Assembly (NCBI GenBank): GCA_002269645.1
Contig: NIVC01002694.1
Coordinates: 85,213-149,212 of the forward strand
Direction: 5' to 3'
Source of the DNA: Macrostomum lignano
Lineage: Eukaryota
Length of the DNA stretch: 64,000 bases
Below are positions 12,059 through 24,200 of the stretch, piece after piece. Made by a program: the position numbers and the translations under genes. Position 1 is the first letter of the stretch. Every line of letters starts with the position of its first letter. The notes beneath the pieces were generated by a model. The model ran no database searches. It had not been told where the DNA came from and worked only from the letters and a program-made list of their open reading frames with translations.

Positions 12059-13506
12059 TCACTCTTGATTTCCATTTTGTGCGGCGGCTTTATCCATCAA
12101 CTTGATATCGGGCGAAATTCGTCTAAAGTTCGAACAATAAAATTGTTTGCTTGCAGGAGTGCAGAAACATTAAATGACAATGAAAGCAATTGCGTATACC
12201 TACCTGGTGATAAGCAAGGTGGCTAAAAGCACAATAGATAAAAGCACATGAACTCCGGAATAGATGAACAGTAACGTCTGCAAGCCAATTTTCTCGTACA
12301 AATATCCACTGACTGTTGGTTCATAAAGCAGCCAAAAAAATAGGTGGAGTTTGCTACGCTTGTTATTAAAACGAATGTAGCAGCGTTCTTTTCGAATCCA
12401 TGCTTGCAGACCTCCGTTAGGCACAATCCAAAAATTGGAAATAGAGTAGAACTAACTCCAATTCCAATAAAAATTAAAGCGGCCACCAAAGAAGCCATTA
12501 ATAAACGAACAGGAATGTTTGATCTTGGTGGGTCGATGAGAAATAAGCCTAAAGCGCTGGATAGTATTCCAAAAAGCGTGATACCAGCATTCCACCCAGT
12601 ATAGTCCGATAGGAAGCCAACGAAAATTTCAATAATACTCTCACTAGAAAAGGTATCAGAAGTAAAAGACCAATTACAGAATGTGAAAGCTTGAAAGTTT
12701 CAATAGTATAAGGCTCCATCACAACGCCAATAGTGCCTTCCAGTACCCCCACATGCTAAACGTCAACATAATAACAACTACCAACGGGATGCGTATAAAA
12801 CTGAAGAACGAAACTGGCTTCTCGTGTCCATCATCGCTAACACTTGAAATTACGGCGATCGCAGCAAAGGCCATCAGTAAGAGAAGACCGCCAACTGTAA
12901 GCAATGGCAGTTTGAACCCACCAACATCAAACAGGACGCCACCAATTCCTGGTCCCAGCGTGTAACCGATCGATAATCCAGTTTCCACAACGCCATTGAC
13001 AGTTGACAAACGGTCTGGGAAGACGCTGGCAAGGGTGGCAAAGGCGGCCACGAACAATATAGAAGCACCAATAGCTGATACGGCACGGATAATGATGACC
13101 AGCACAGCGAAGGTAATGCCTTTTGGTCTGTTCTCCAGAAAGGCAAACACCACCTACGATAAGCTGCAGATAAAGAGCGAACTAACAACAAGATTTCTTT
13201 TTTGAACTCTTCGGGCAATAAAGACAACAAATGGGCTGAAATGAAATTAACAAGCTGGAAAACACCGTATAACAGTCCAGTGGCAGTCATTGACATTCCT
13301 CTTGACAGAGAAACTCAGGGAAAAAACGGCGATATTACAGAGTAAGCTGCTGTTGAAAATAAGTCTGAGCAGAAGCAAGTAATCAATATTAGAATAGAGG
13401 TAAGACCAAGTGTTGAAAGCTTCATTTTTGAAAATATTTTGCAGCATCCATTTTCTTCGTCATTGTTATTATTTATTAACCAGCGTTTCGAAGTTTCGTT
13501 TGACAT
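12059..13506 (-). pseudogene. SLC18B1-like copy 2, pseudogene
   Basis: Collinear with copy 1 from MSNETSKR (13506). It carries nonsense changes GGA>TGA (13315-13317) and TGG>TAG (~13155) plus several frameshifts that split it into five or six ORF-track fragments. The terminal intron (12203-12123) is retained. Confidence 0.85.
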
Positions 13507-14691
13507 GTCTCTTGTCGGCAAGATCGGCAAAAACTCATGAATAATAATTTAGAAATATAAACTAGTATAACACTATAATTAAGCAATCGATTTTATTTAA
13601 AAAGAATAATGAAACTATTTACTAATTTTAGGTTTTTTCGTTCTTCAATGCATTGTGTCGATTTTTGTTTCTAAAGATATCATGCTCAGCAATGCAATTG
13701 ACAATTAAAAAAGAAGTTAATTTTTTAAGAACCTTTTAAGCTAAGACTTTACAGTAAGATTTGTGGGAGAAACGAGAAAATATTCCTTATAAAAACACTA
13801 TAATTATTCATATAAACTAAAGAAAAATAGCAAAAAGTTTTCGATAGTTCTGCAATCATCGCTTATAATTTATTGAAATTCTTTAAAATGTATATTTTGT
13901 AGAATATCACAAATACGAAAAAATTAAAAGTCAAGTTGAAACAATAAAAAACTAACGCCGCATTACGAGTATTGTGGCTATGGTTATGACTGTTTGAAAA
14001 TAGCTCGAAAATAGAAGTCTTTGTACTACGATATAACAAAGACAAACTGGTAGATATTAACCATGCAATACGTACGAATGTGAGACGGCCGGTAGCGGCA
14101 CGTTTACTTAAAATAGTTACATTTAATATGTGGAGAAGAGAATAAAAACTCAATTTAATACGTAATACTGCACAATATACAGCATACGTTTTTAAAAGTA
14201 CAAAAGGATTAGTAAAGAAAATATGGAAGTAGAAAGACTACGTAACAAACTTCGGGTTATCAGTACAGGGATGAAGCAAAAATAGTATTTAAAAAAATTA
14301 GTTCATCATCTATATCTGAATGATTAACTATCATTAAAGTTAGCTTTGAAGTGCGCACGAAGAATATATGTAAATTTGCGAGGCATTTTTTAATCTATAA
14401 AGCCTTAAAATTTGATACATCAACGTAGGACTGAAAATTATTCTCAATATCTGCAAAAACTTGTAAAAAACTGTTTGGTAAAAATCATGACTTTAAACAT
14501 AGGTAAAAACTGTGCATTGTATAATTAATTTCAGATCAGATACGTCTTGCACGATTTGATTGTTCAATTTAAGACAGAATTTGCTATAACAGAAAGAATT
14601 ATTATGCCGTCATACCAGTTTCAAGTGTAGTTTTTTTTAATATAGTTTGAATGTGTTAATAATTCTAAATATTATTATATAAATCCATCAG

Positions 14692-16311
14692 TCAGGCACT
14701 TGATGCAGCAGCACCAAAGCCACCAAAGCGATTGGCGCGAGGTGACTCAATAATTTGCACAGTATATTGATAGCTATAATGCGACGCTAGGCATGAGATG
14801 CTGGATCGTCGACTGCGCGGAAATAATGAATGTTCAATAGCTGCTGGGCTGTCTACTGTACTGGCTGGGCATGGTACATCTGCTGAAGCCTTCGGAGACT
14901 CAGCCAGTTTGACATTCTTATATCTATAATGTATTGGCGACTTCAAGTAAGGATTTTGCAAACTAAGCGTTATAACGACAGGAAACTATGAGGACAAGGC
15001 TTACCTGCTATAAACACGAGCAATTCCAAGCAGTACCGCGCACACAACAAAGAGTCCAGAGTAGGCAAACAAGAGTTTATCGAAGCCTATCGTATCGTAC
15101 AATCGGCCACCAAGAGTCGGACCAATGAATACGCCAAGAGAGTAAGCCGAATTCGTAACGCCCGACACTAAATTTATTGTTGCAATATTTTCATCCATTC
15201 CATTTGCATAGGCGGCGTCAAGGCAAAGTCCGTAAACGGGAATCATCACTGCCGAGGAGCCCAAACCGACCAATACTAGAGCTGGCAACAAGGTGAAAAG
15301 TGTCGGCTTGATCGGCAGCACAAAACTGGCAGGATTGATGAAAAACACACCGATAGTGCAGCCGATCAGGCCAAAAATGAGAACTCCAATGCCCCAGCCC
15401 ATTGAGTCCGTCAGCCTTCCCCATAAAACAGCTGACAATGTGTAAACTAGACTTGGCGTTAGAAAAATCAGACCAATTATTGTGGACGAAAAGTGGAAAG
15501 CTGCAGTCAAATAGGGTTCCATAGTGGCGTCAAGCATACCATACATTGCTCCAGTAGCGGCATAAGAAATCAAAATAGCCAATGCAATCGGAATGGAAAA
15601 GAACTTTAAAAACGATGCCGACCGATTATGTCCTCCGGATTCCGCGGGTAGAGCTGGCGTAATAAGGTACGCAGCCACTGCCGTGAGAAGTACTAATCCA
15701 CCGACAGTAAAAAATGGCAGCCGAAATCCTCCAAGATCATAAAATGCCCCGCCAAGCGCCGGTCCAACCATGTAGCCAAGGCCCAGAGCCATCTCAACAA
15801 TACCTGTCACTGTGGACACTTTATCTGGGAAAGAGTGCGCCAAAATCGCAAACGACGATACAAGAAATATTCCGCCACCAAATGCACCGATTCCTCGAGT
15901 TAGGAGGCACATTATTGCAAATGTGGACCCATTAGGACAGTACTCTAGCACTCCGAACAGAACTGAGCACGTGCCGCAAATGAACAGGCCGCAAATGTAG
16001 ACAAACCTATTACCGACATGGGCAGCAATGTGCACAACAAACGGACTACTAAGAAATATCATTAGCTCAAACTCTCCAATAATTATGCCGGTTAGTGTCA
16101 ATGATATACCTTTGGCTTCCGCTGCGCCTGGAAAAAATGGACTCAAGACTGAGAAGGATAGAGCGGCAAAAAAGTTCGAGACTGACAAAGTGATTAACAG
16201 AAATATGTTGGCGCCGCGATATGTCGATGATGATTCACTGTTCTCGGCGCTTTCACTGATGTCACTGGCACCGTTTGCAATCAGGGGAGATATCTCGTCT
16301 TTGTCCGCCAT
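14692..16311 (-). CDS. SLC18B1: MFS transporter SLC18B1-like, copy 3 (exons 16311-15005 and 14923-14692), intact
   Basis: Intact 12-TM ORF from MADKDE (LEYCPNGSTFAIMCLLTRG, GYMVGPALGGAFYDLGGFRLPF). An 81-bp GT-AG phase-2 intron joins it in frame to ORF 14692-14961 (..YSR|YKNVKL..). Confidence 0.88.
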
Positions 16312-17133
16312 TGAAGAGGAACATCCTGAAACAGTCAGTTGGATTGATTGACGATAAAGTTTAGTAACTACACTGAAGAAAACAGAAAGTAATTCAAGCC
16401 TAGACGAACACAATTCTGACATCAAGTGGAATATTATGAGATATTTCTATTATTAAGGTTCTTTTTTACGAATTCGAAAGTTGTGACATTCAATAATAAT
16501 AAAAAAATAATACGAAAATCGTCGAAAAAATAATGTCGAGTATATTTTATTCAAAATGTAGAAAAATATATGAATTTATCCGAATACACTCTAGCATAGA
16601 AAGAACATTGAAAATAGTTTTTAATTTGGTCTCAAAGTCACAGACAATTATTCGCGGGTTTATTCATTGCTTTGTTGTCGTAGATTCGAATCACAAGAAA
16701 AAATGCACTTTTAAATGATATTTGTGAATTGATATATGTTCCGACACTTAAGAAATTTTCTTCTGACAAAATGCCATTTCTAATGCTGAAATTTTGAGCT
16801 ACAGTTTGCTAAAATGATTGGCAAATAGCAAATACGATTATTATTTTTATGCGCACCGAGGAATACCGTACCGTACAAGCATGTAGATAGTGAATTCAAA
16901 ATAAATAATCACATTAGCTACACGAGAAGAGATAGTTCAGTCCGACGAAGACATGAAACTTGGAAGTCTCGATTAGATAGAGGCAAAACGTAGAAGAAAA
17001 ATTGTCAAGGATTAAAAACTTCGCAAAATGTATCAAAACTATTGATTAAACACCAAGCATTTTCTTTTTGAGAGACTAAAATTTTAATAAACTATATATT
17101 AAATTACACGATAACGCACTTAAGTTACAAACT

Positions 17134-19633
17134 CTAGACCGTATTACCAATTGATCCATAATTATTATTTGCCTCGTTGCGACCATCGCGATCAATTAAG
17201 CAGTCAGCCGACTGACTAACTGGGCCAACTATCGCAGGTGAGCGGCCGTCCTCGCCCTCTTCGTTAACTAAAAATGACACGCCTCGCGTCTCGCGGCGCA
17301 TAAAGCCGCGATTCTGCCGCACTGGCCCAATTAGGCAGATCAAAGTTGCCAGGCCGAATAGGCCGCTGTAGCCGGTGAGGACCCAGGCTAGACCGAATCT
17401 GAGCATATTGTTTAATAAAACTGTGTCAGATTACGTTAATTCACCTCAATTGGCACTTTTTTTTATCAATTGGCAAAATCAGACATAACTTTATTCCCCA
17501 TAGAAAAGCTGGAATGAAAAGCACTGATTCGTAGAAAGAGCCAAAAACATAAATGCCCAAGGGTGAGTTCCCAGATTATCACAATGAGCAGGCGGGTTGT
17601 AGGACGATGTGGTCGCTAATGCAAGAGTGTGTGTACTATACGCAGGCACACATTGATGCATAGACAGACTCAAAGAGGGACTCTAATCGTCAGCCATGTA
17701 GTGTTTGGACTTTAAGAGGGGAGCTGGCCATCATGGGTGTGAAACGCACGACAAACCCCCATAGCTAATTGTCGTGCTCAAGCCCCAAATGAATGTGACC
17801 AAATGGAATCGAACCAGGGGTCGTGACGCAATAGTGGGACGCGTTTATCGTCTGCCTATTTCCTTATCGCGATGGCATGTAACCTAACTTTTTAGACTTA
17901 TATATAATAAACTTATTGAGTAACTCTTTAACCTGAAGGAATAGCTTATAAACTAAATGGCCTCACGGTGTTCTCTTACTGTTTTCCTAAATTTTGGGTC
18001 GTTGTAAAAGTAGCAGTAAGCTGAGGTTTGGTGGAAATTAAATGAATATTCATCTTAAGTGCACTATGCAATACTTAATTGGATTGATAGAACTAATCAG
18101 TGTGCGGTATATAGTAAAAACCATTTATAAAAACGAACTTTTTTGGACTATATATTTATCGGTTTTTTACATGGTAATGGTATTCCAGCCATAAGATTAG
18201 GTAATCTAGCTTAGTTCCGAACTTGAGTTTGACCAATGTCAAATGGTTTATTCCGTGCTAATGAAAAACACTCACTTGTCTAAAGCCACACCACCAAGAG
18301 TTGGGCCAACAAATGCTCCAAAGGCGAATGCAGTATTAACTAATCCAGAAACTACAGAGTAAGTTGTTAAACTTCGATCAAAGCCTCGCTTATAAGACTC
18401 CGTAGCAATCAAATTAAACACTGGCACAACAACAGCCGAGCAGGCTAAACCAACCACGACAAGAGCGGCAATAAGTGATGGCAAGTTTGTATCGTAAGGT
18501 AGAAACGGTGCCGGATAGACGAACAGCAAGCAAACAGAGAATGCTGCCAAGCCGCCAATCATAATAGGCAGACCGGCGCCGCGCGAATCGACTAGGTAGC
18601 CCCATAGAGCGGCAGATATAGAATAGATCAAAGCGGGCAGGAATAGCATCAGCCCAACAATAACTGGCGAGAAATGAAATTTGGCGGTTAAAAATGGTTG
18701 AAAGCTGACATCTACGAAGCCAAGAAAAGAGCTAGCAACGCACATTCCAAATAGAGTAGCAAGACAAAAGGGTTCTCTAACAAGCGTCCAGACAGATTTT
18801 GGTCGAGAACCATCAATGTTAGGGTCGTCGTTTACAAGCGACGGCATAACGCACAACGACAATAGTACAACCAGCAATAGGAAGCCGCCAAGACTAACAA
18901 ATGGTAATTTAAATCCGCCAAGTTGAAATAATGCGCCGCCAATAACTGGGCCAACCATAAAGCCAAGTCCGCCAGCGGTCTCCAGCAGACCGAATACTGT
19001 TGACAATCGATTTGGAAATAGTCTGGTAGCTATGGAGAATGAGGACACAACAAACATGCTAGTGCCAATAGCGGACACGCCGCGGGTTAGTAGGCACATA
19101 ACGGCGAACACAATTCCAGGAGGGCAGTACTCCAATGCGCCAAACAGTATTGAGCAGACGCTGCATATGACAAGACCCCAACTGTACACGAATCGTCCGC
19201 CAATGCTGCTGGTGAAAGCGCCAACAAGTGGACTGCACAGACAGATTACTAATTGAAATTCGCCAACTATAATACCTGTCATAGTAACCGAAAGGCCTTT
19301 CAAATTGGCTTCTCTGGGAAAGAACGGTCCGAGAACTGAGAATGCTGTTGAGGTAAAGAAGTTTACTAAAGCTAAGCTGGCTAATAGTACATTGCGTCGA
19401 GCTCGACTGAGGCCAGCCACCTCACCGCTAGTTGAAGCCAATTGGATTGCCTGTAAAATAAACAAACGGGTTGAATGATTGCAGATTTTCTGAGGGTGCT
19501 GTAATTCTATAATGCTGTACTTATTAGTATTGCTAGAGTAAAGTTCAAATCCTATGTGAAACCGATTGAAATTGAGTCGATTTCTCGAATTAGGCTCTCG
19601 AATTATCTCAGTCTGACAAAACTCCATGGTCAT
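17134..19633 (-). CDS. SLC18B1: MFS transporter SLC18B1-like, copy 4 (last exon 17398-17134; intron 18275-17399; 5' end uncertain)
   Basis: ORF 18272-19633 (LGPFFPREANLKG, LEYCPPG, GFMVGPVIGGALFQLGGFKLPF) ends at donor AA|GTGAGT and splices in frame to CAG|A TTC GGT (..LDK|FGLAWVLTGYSG.., TM12). An acceptor-like TTTACAG at 19451 makes the true N-terminus unclear. Confidence 0.85.
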
Positions 19634-20176
19634 GCATTGGAAATCTGGATGCCCAATGGTTAGATTTGCTTGTCAATTAGGCCAGTCTCATAGTCAGAAA
19701 TTCGCACGCATGGCCCAACCTATCTTTATTCTCTTCTCACTGATTTTACAGTTGGAACTATTTCTAATCAATTTTGAGGCTAAAAAAGATTGTTAAAAAC
19801 GATAGTGAAAAGTCGATGCTGTTAAAAGTTACCTTTGTGTATATTTAGCATATTAATTAATTATCATTAAACTGACTGCAACCGATCGCACACTTCTAAA
19901 CCAATTGCAATTATGCTATTGCGGCTCCTAAAGTGGAAAAACAGATAAACTGCAGTGAAATACAACATACATAGATACGCTCGTATTGTACAATGCAAAA
20001 TTAATAATTTGTTTCTTTATACATCGCTTTGCCTTGCATGAGATGAGAGCAGACAAACAATTCATAACCGATAATAACAAGCAAGGTCAATGACAACAAG
20101 CCGCGTTAATGCGCTCTACTCGTAAATATAGAGTACGTGCGCTCCACCCTTTCATGTGATTTCATATAAAGCATTG

Positions 20177-20867
20177 GCCAAGGACTGCTCAAGTAGAAGG
20201 ACGGGAAACCTCGTTTGCTTAGAAAATTTTGTGAGTCTAGTTTTCGCCGAAAAATACACTACAGACATAGGAAATTTTATATTTTTAGCACAAAACTGTT
20301 ACTGCCTTCGATAGGAGGCGGACCCAATTTTCATCTTTTGATATGCTGTGCCTTTCTTAATGCTCCATCGATATTCATAAAGCTTTTCGTTCAGAAAAGT
20401 TTTTATAATTTTTTGTTAATTTTTAATTCCATGTACAATTGCACATTTCCGGAAATCATTAAAATGGCACGGCTCATGTTATTGGTTTTATAAATCAATT
20501 TTATCATTCTTAGCGAACTTTGTAACAATTATTTTTAACAGAGATGATATTTACAAAACCAGAGTCGAGCTGTGCCATGCATTTTTATGATTCTTACGCA
20601 CAGGGAACGTACGTCGAATTAAAAAATTAACATAGAATCCTGACTTTTTGAACAAAAAGCTTTATGAATATCGATAGAGCAATAAGAAAGGCAAATCATA
20701 TCAAAAGATCAACATTGGGTCCGCCTCCTATCGAAAGCAATAACAATTTCTGTGCTGAAAAAATAAGAGCCTCCTATCTTCGTAGTGTATTTTTCGGCGA
20801 AAATCAGCCTCATAAAAATTTTCTAAGAAACGCAGCTTCCCGTCCTGCTACTTAAGTAGTCCTTGGC
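20177..20867. mobile_element. Foldback/MITE-like element with ~225-bp terminal inverted repeats
   Basis: GCCAAGGACT... (20177-20400) is the reverse complement of ...AGTCCTTGGC (20642-20867) at roughly 80-85% identity, with a ~240-bp spacer. No clean TSD was found. Confidence 0.85.
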
Positions 20868-21226
20868 AATGGCCCGCGTCTCTCTGCGAATTAGTTTCGT
20901 TACCTGTCTTACATTATTTGTTTAACTTGCTTTGCCAGCCTTTAAATAACTTTTAATCGCTTGGTATAGTTGAATACACGACTTTCTTCATTAGTTACCC
21001 TTCGCTTTAGTGCAGGCCTCTGCTAACATAAATTACTTAATAATAAAATTGGCTCAGTTTTTCAAGATACGGCATAAATGTCTCAATACGAAAAACACTG
21101 ACTTAGCATTAATTGGTATCGACAAAAAGTTGAAGATTCATACATTATTAATTTTTTAATAAATACAACTGCAACACACTTTGCGCAGTCTTTTTAAAAC
21201 CGAATAATGTGATAAAACATTGATGA

Positions 21227-24200
21227 TTAATCAGAACCCGTCGACTCAGAAGGCTTAGTAAGTGGCTTGGACGCCTCAACAACACTTTCAGCTGCAGGAG
21301 CATTATCAAACACTTCATCGTCAATGTCTGCCACCGTTTCATTGACTTTTTCGTCTACACTTTTCTCGTCACTCGGTTTCGTTGGAATTGCAGCACCGGC
21401 TTCAATATTGTCGTTTGTTGATTCTTCAGTAGCAGCGGTAGTTTTAATCGCATCTGCAACTGAATCAGCAGCTACTACTTTGCTAACCGGAGGCGTATTA
21501 TTACTAGTAGTAGCAGTATCAGCTTCAGATTCGCAGGCGGCGGCAACTTTGGCGGTTTCTTCAGCAGCTTCCGCTACAGATACAGCGCCAGTTTTGTAGT
21601 CCGCAATCGCAGCATCCGATGAAGCTGTGCAATCGCCGGCTCCGCAACCGCTGCTGCTACCGCCGTCGCTTTCAATATCGTCAGATTCGTCATCAATTTC
21701 AGCCGCAGTTGCGGGCGCCTGATCAAAAGCGGCGCCAGACAACGGCGCGCCAACTTCGCTACCCGAACCGGAACAAGAGCCGGAACCGGACGCTTCTTCA
21801 AGATCGTCATCGCCAGACAGCGAATCGTTAGCCATATGATCGGCGGTTGCCGCGCTTGAAACCGAGGCGGCAGCGGCCTCAGCACCGGCATGCGTCGAGG
21901 CCGAAGCGGCGCCGGCTGCGGCGGCGGCGGTGGAATCCGAAGAGTTCGACACAATCATGTCTTCCTCGTCCTGATCGAATACGATTTTCTGACCAGCCGG
22001 ATCGATGCAGCTAACAACGCTCAAGCATTTTAGTAGGCCTCGTAGATACTTATCAACTCGGCGATAGTGCTTATTAGGCGATAGGGCCAATTCGCAGACG
22101 CGTTGAATAGTAAATGGGGCGTTAGTGAACTGGTCCAGTGTTGACAGGACAGTCTGGCGGTAGACGCTCAGTTGAAATGTCTCCATATTAGGCCTGGGAT
22201 AATAATCGTCAATAGAAGCCATTGATGAGTCGCTTAAAAAACTTTCAATAGCGGATTCCAATTTGACGCGAATTAGCGGCTTAACCAGGTGCCAAGGCGC
22301 GTTGGTGATGCCACTGCGAGACAGGTTGACCAGATAGTGCTCCAGGTCTGGCGGCACATCGCTTGTTGCTGATTGGGCAAACTCTGTGAAAAGATTGATA
22401 AACATAACAATTGAAAAAGGCTGTTGAATTGACAATAGGTACTATGAATATCTAGAATACAATTAAGGTTGGGAATCAAACCAAGCTTCAGTCTTTTACA
22501 TAACAACTTTAGTCAAACAATTGAGCATGATAGGCAACAAATTACCATCATGAAATTTCCTATCCTGATTGGAAATGTCAAATTATTCTTAGCATATTGG
22601 ATATTAAATTCAAATGACATTACAGTATATACCCTATTAGTGGATTGTAGGCCCATATGCAATATTCAAATTGTACAGAAACCCTGCTTTTATTGCTCAA
22701 TAGGCAAAAAAACTGAATAAATTCAACTGTGGAAATTTAAATGTAAAAAAAGACAAACTAATATCCAATTCAAAACATTGATCTTATTTAACCCTTAAAA
22801 TTACATAGGTACAATAATATAATTTTAACTTAGATCTAAATATACTAGTATAGAAAAGTAACAAAAATCAAGACTTTAGCTTTTTAGACAATTGAGATAT
22901 TGAATGATTCTACCAAAAGGTTAGATTTTTTCATAAGCCCGGCCTAGTATATTCAATAAGCCCCTATCTCAGTGCAACATTGATGAGCCTTTAAATTTTA
23001 TTAGCAGTTGAACACATGTTCTTGCATTAGCTCTTTTTTGGACATTGGCCTTTATCTAGATAGAGCTTTTAAACCCTCAACAGGTGGCACTAGATGACTG
23101 TGGTTATCCAATTGCAATTTTTTTAGTCTTCTAACCAAGCCTTGATAGTGGGCAAACCTCAACAGCTAGATATCCTCAGCTAGTGTCTTTTCATTATCAT
23201 TCAATACCATTAGTACCTTTTGTAAGTAGTATTAGGTGACCATGGACACCTTGTTGCAAATTTTTCTAGTTTTATAAATCAAGCCTTGATAGTAGACAAG
23301 CTACAAATATTGGATAGTGTAAGCATTTCATTATCTCCTAACACTATTAGCATCTTTAATAGATAGTACTACTAGGTGACTATGGATATCTTGACTACAA
23401 ATTTCTCTAGTTTTGCTAATCAAAATGCAATAGTAGGCAAACCTCAACTGTTAGATATCCTTAGCTAGTCTTGATTAAAGCTTGTTTAGCAAAACTAGAA
23501 AGATGCACAATAGGGTAACCATAGTCACCTAGTGCCACTTGTTGAAAGTCTAGAAACTATATCTGGGTAAAGGCCAATGCTTAAAAAAGTTGGAGATAAT
23601 GCAAACATATGTGGTTAATATGCTAATGAATTTTGGAGGCTTGGCAATATTGCACTAAGGTGCAATGCTAATTGGCACACAGGGAAATAATGAATATATT
23701 AGTGCATATAGGAAAAATATGACCTTTGGTAGGATTGTTAAATATTTTTGATGATCTAAAAGGCTAGTGACTTGGTTCATGCTTACCTGGTAAGTGTTAA
23801 AAATATTACAACAAGTTAGCCAATTATCTTGAATTTTATATGCTTGCATTGCTCCTTTTTGGTATATCAAAAATTGGCGAGGAAAGATTTTTCCTTTTTA
23901 TTGGTAGTTTGAAAGGCAAAAATATATATAATGTGTATATAGAGTTAAAAATCTATTGCTTGAGTCTTTAACCCTAAGGACTTAAGAGTTTCTCTTATAG
24001 AAGCTTATGCAAGGACACATTAGAGACAAAGATTAATGCAGATAACAAAAAAAATTAATGGCTCATGAAACTTTTATATTCATTTATTTTTATTGTTCAA
24101 TCCTTTGTACCTATTTAATCAAATGTTCCAATAATATTTTTAAGTCTTTAAAGTTTTTAAAGTTTATTATTGAATACATACCTATCAACCTCTTTCAAAG

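Noticed and set aside
17500-17880. GC-richer insert in the copy-4 intron with a minus-strand GGTTCGATTCC (B-box-like)
   Set aside because: No convincing A box, cloverleaf or TSD, so it is insufficient to call a tRNA or SINE.
8770-19256. Plus-strand ORFs overlapping the transporter genes
   Set aside because: Antisense shadows of hydrophobic-codon-rich coding sequence.
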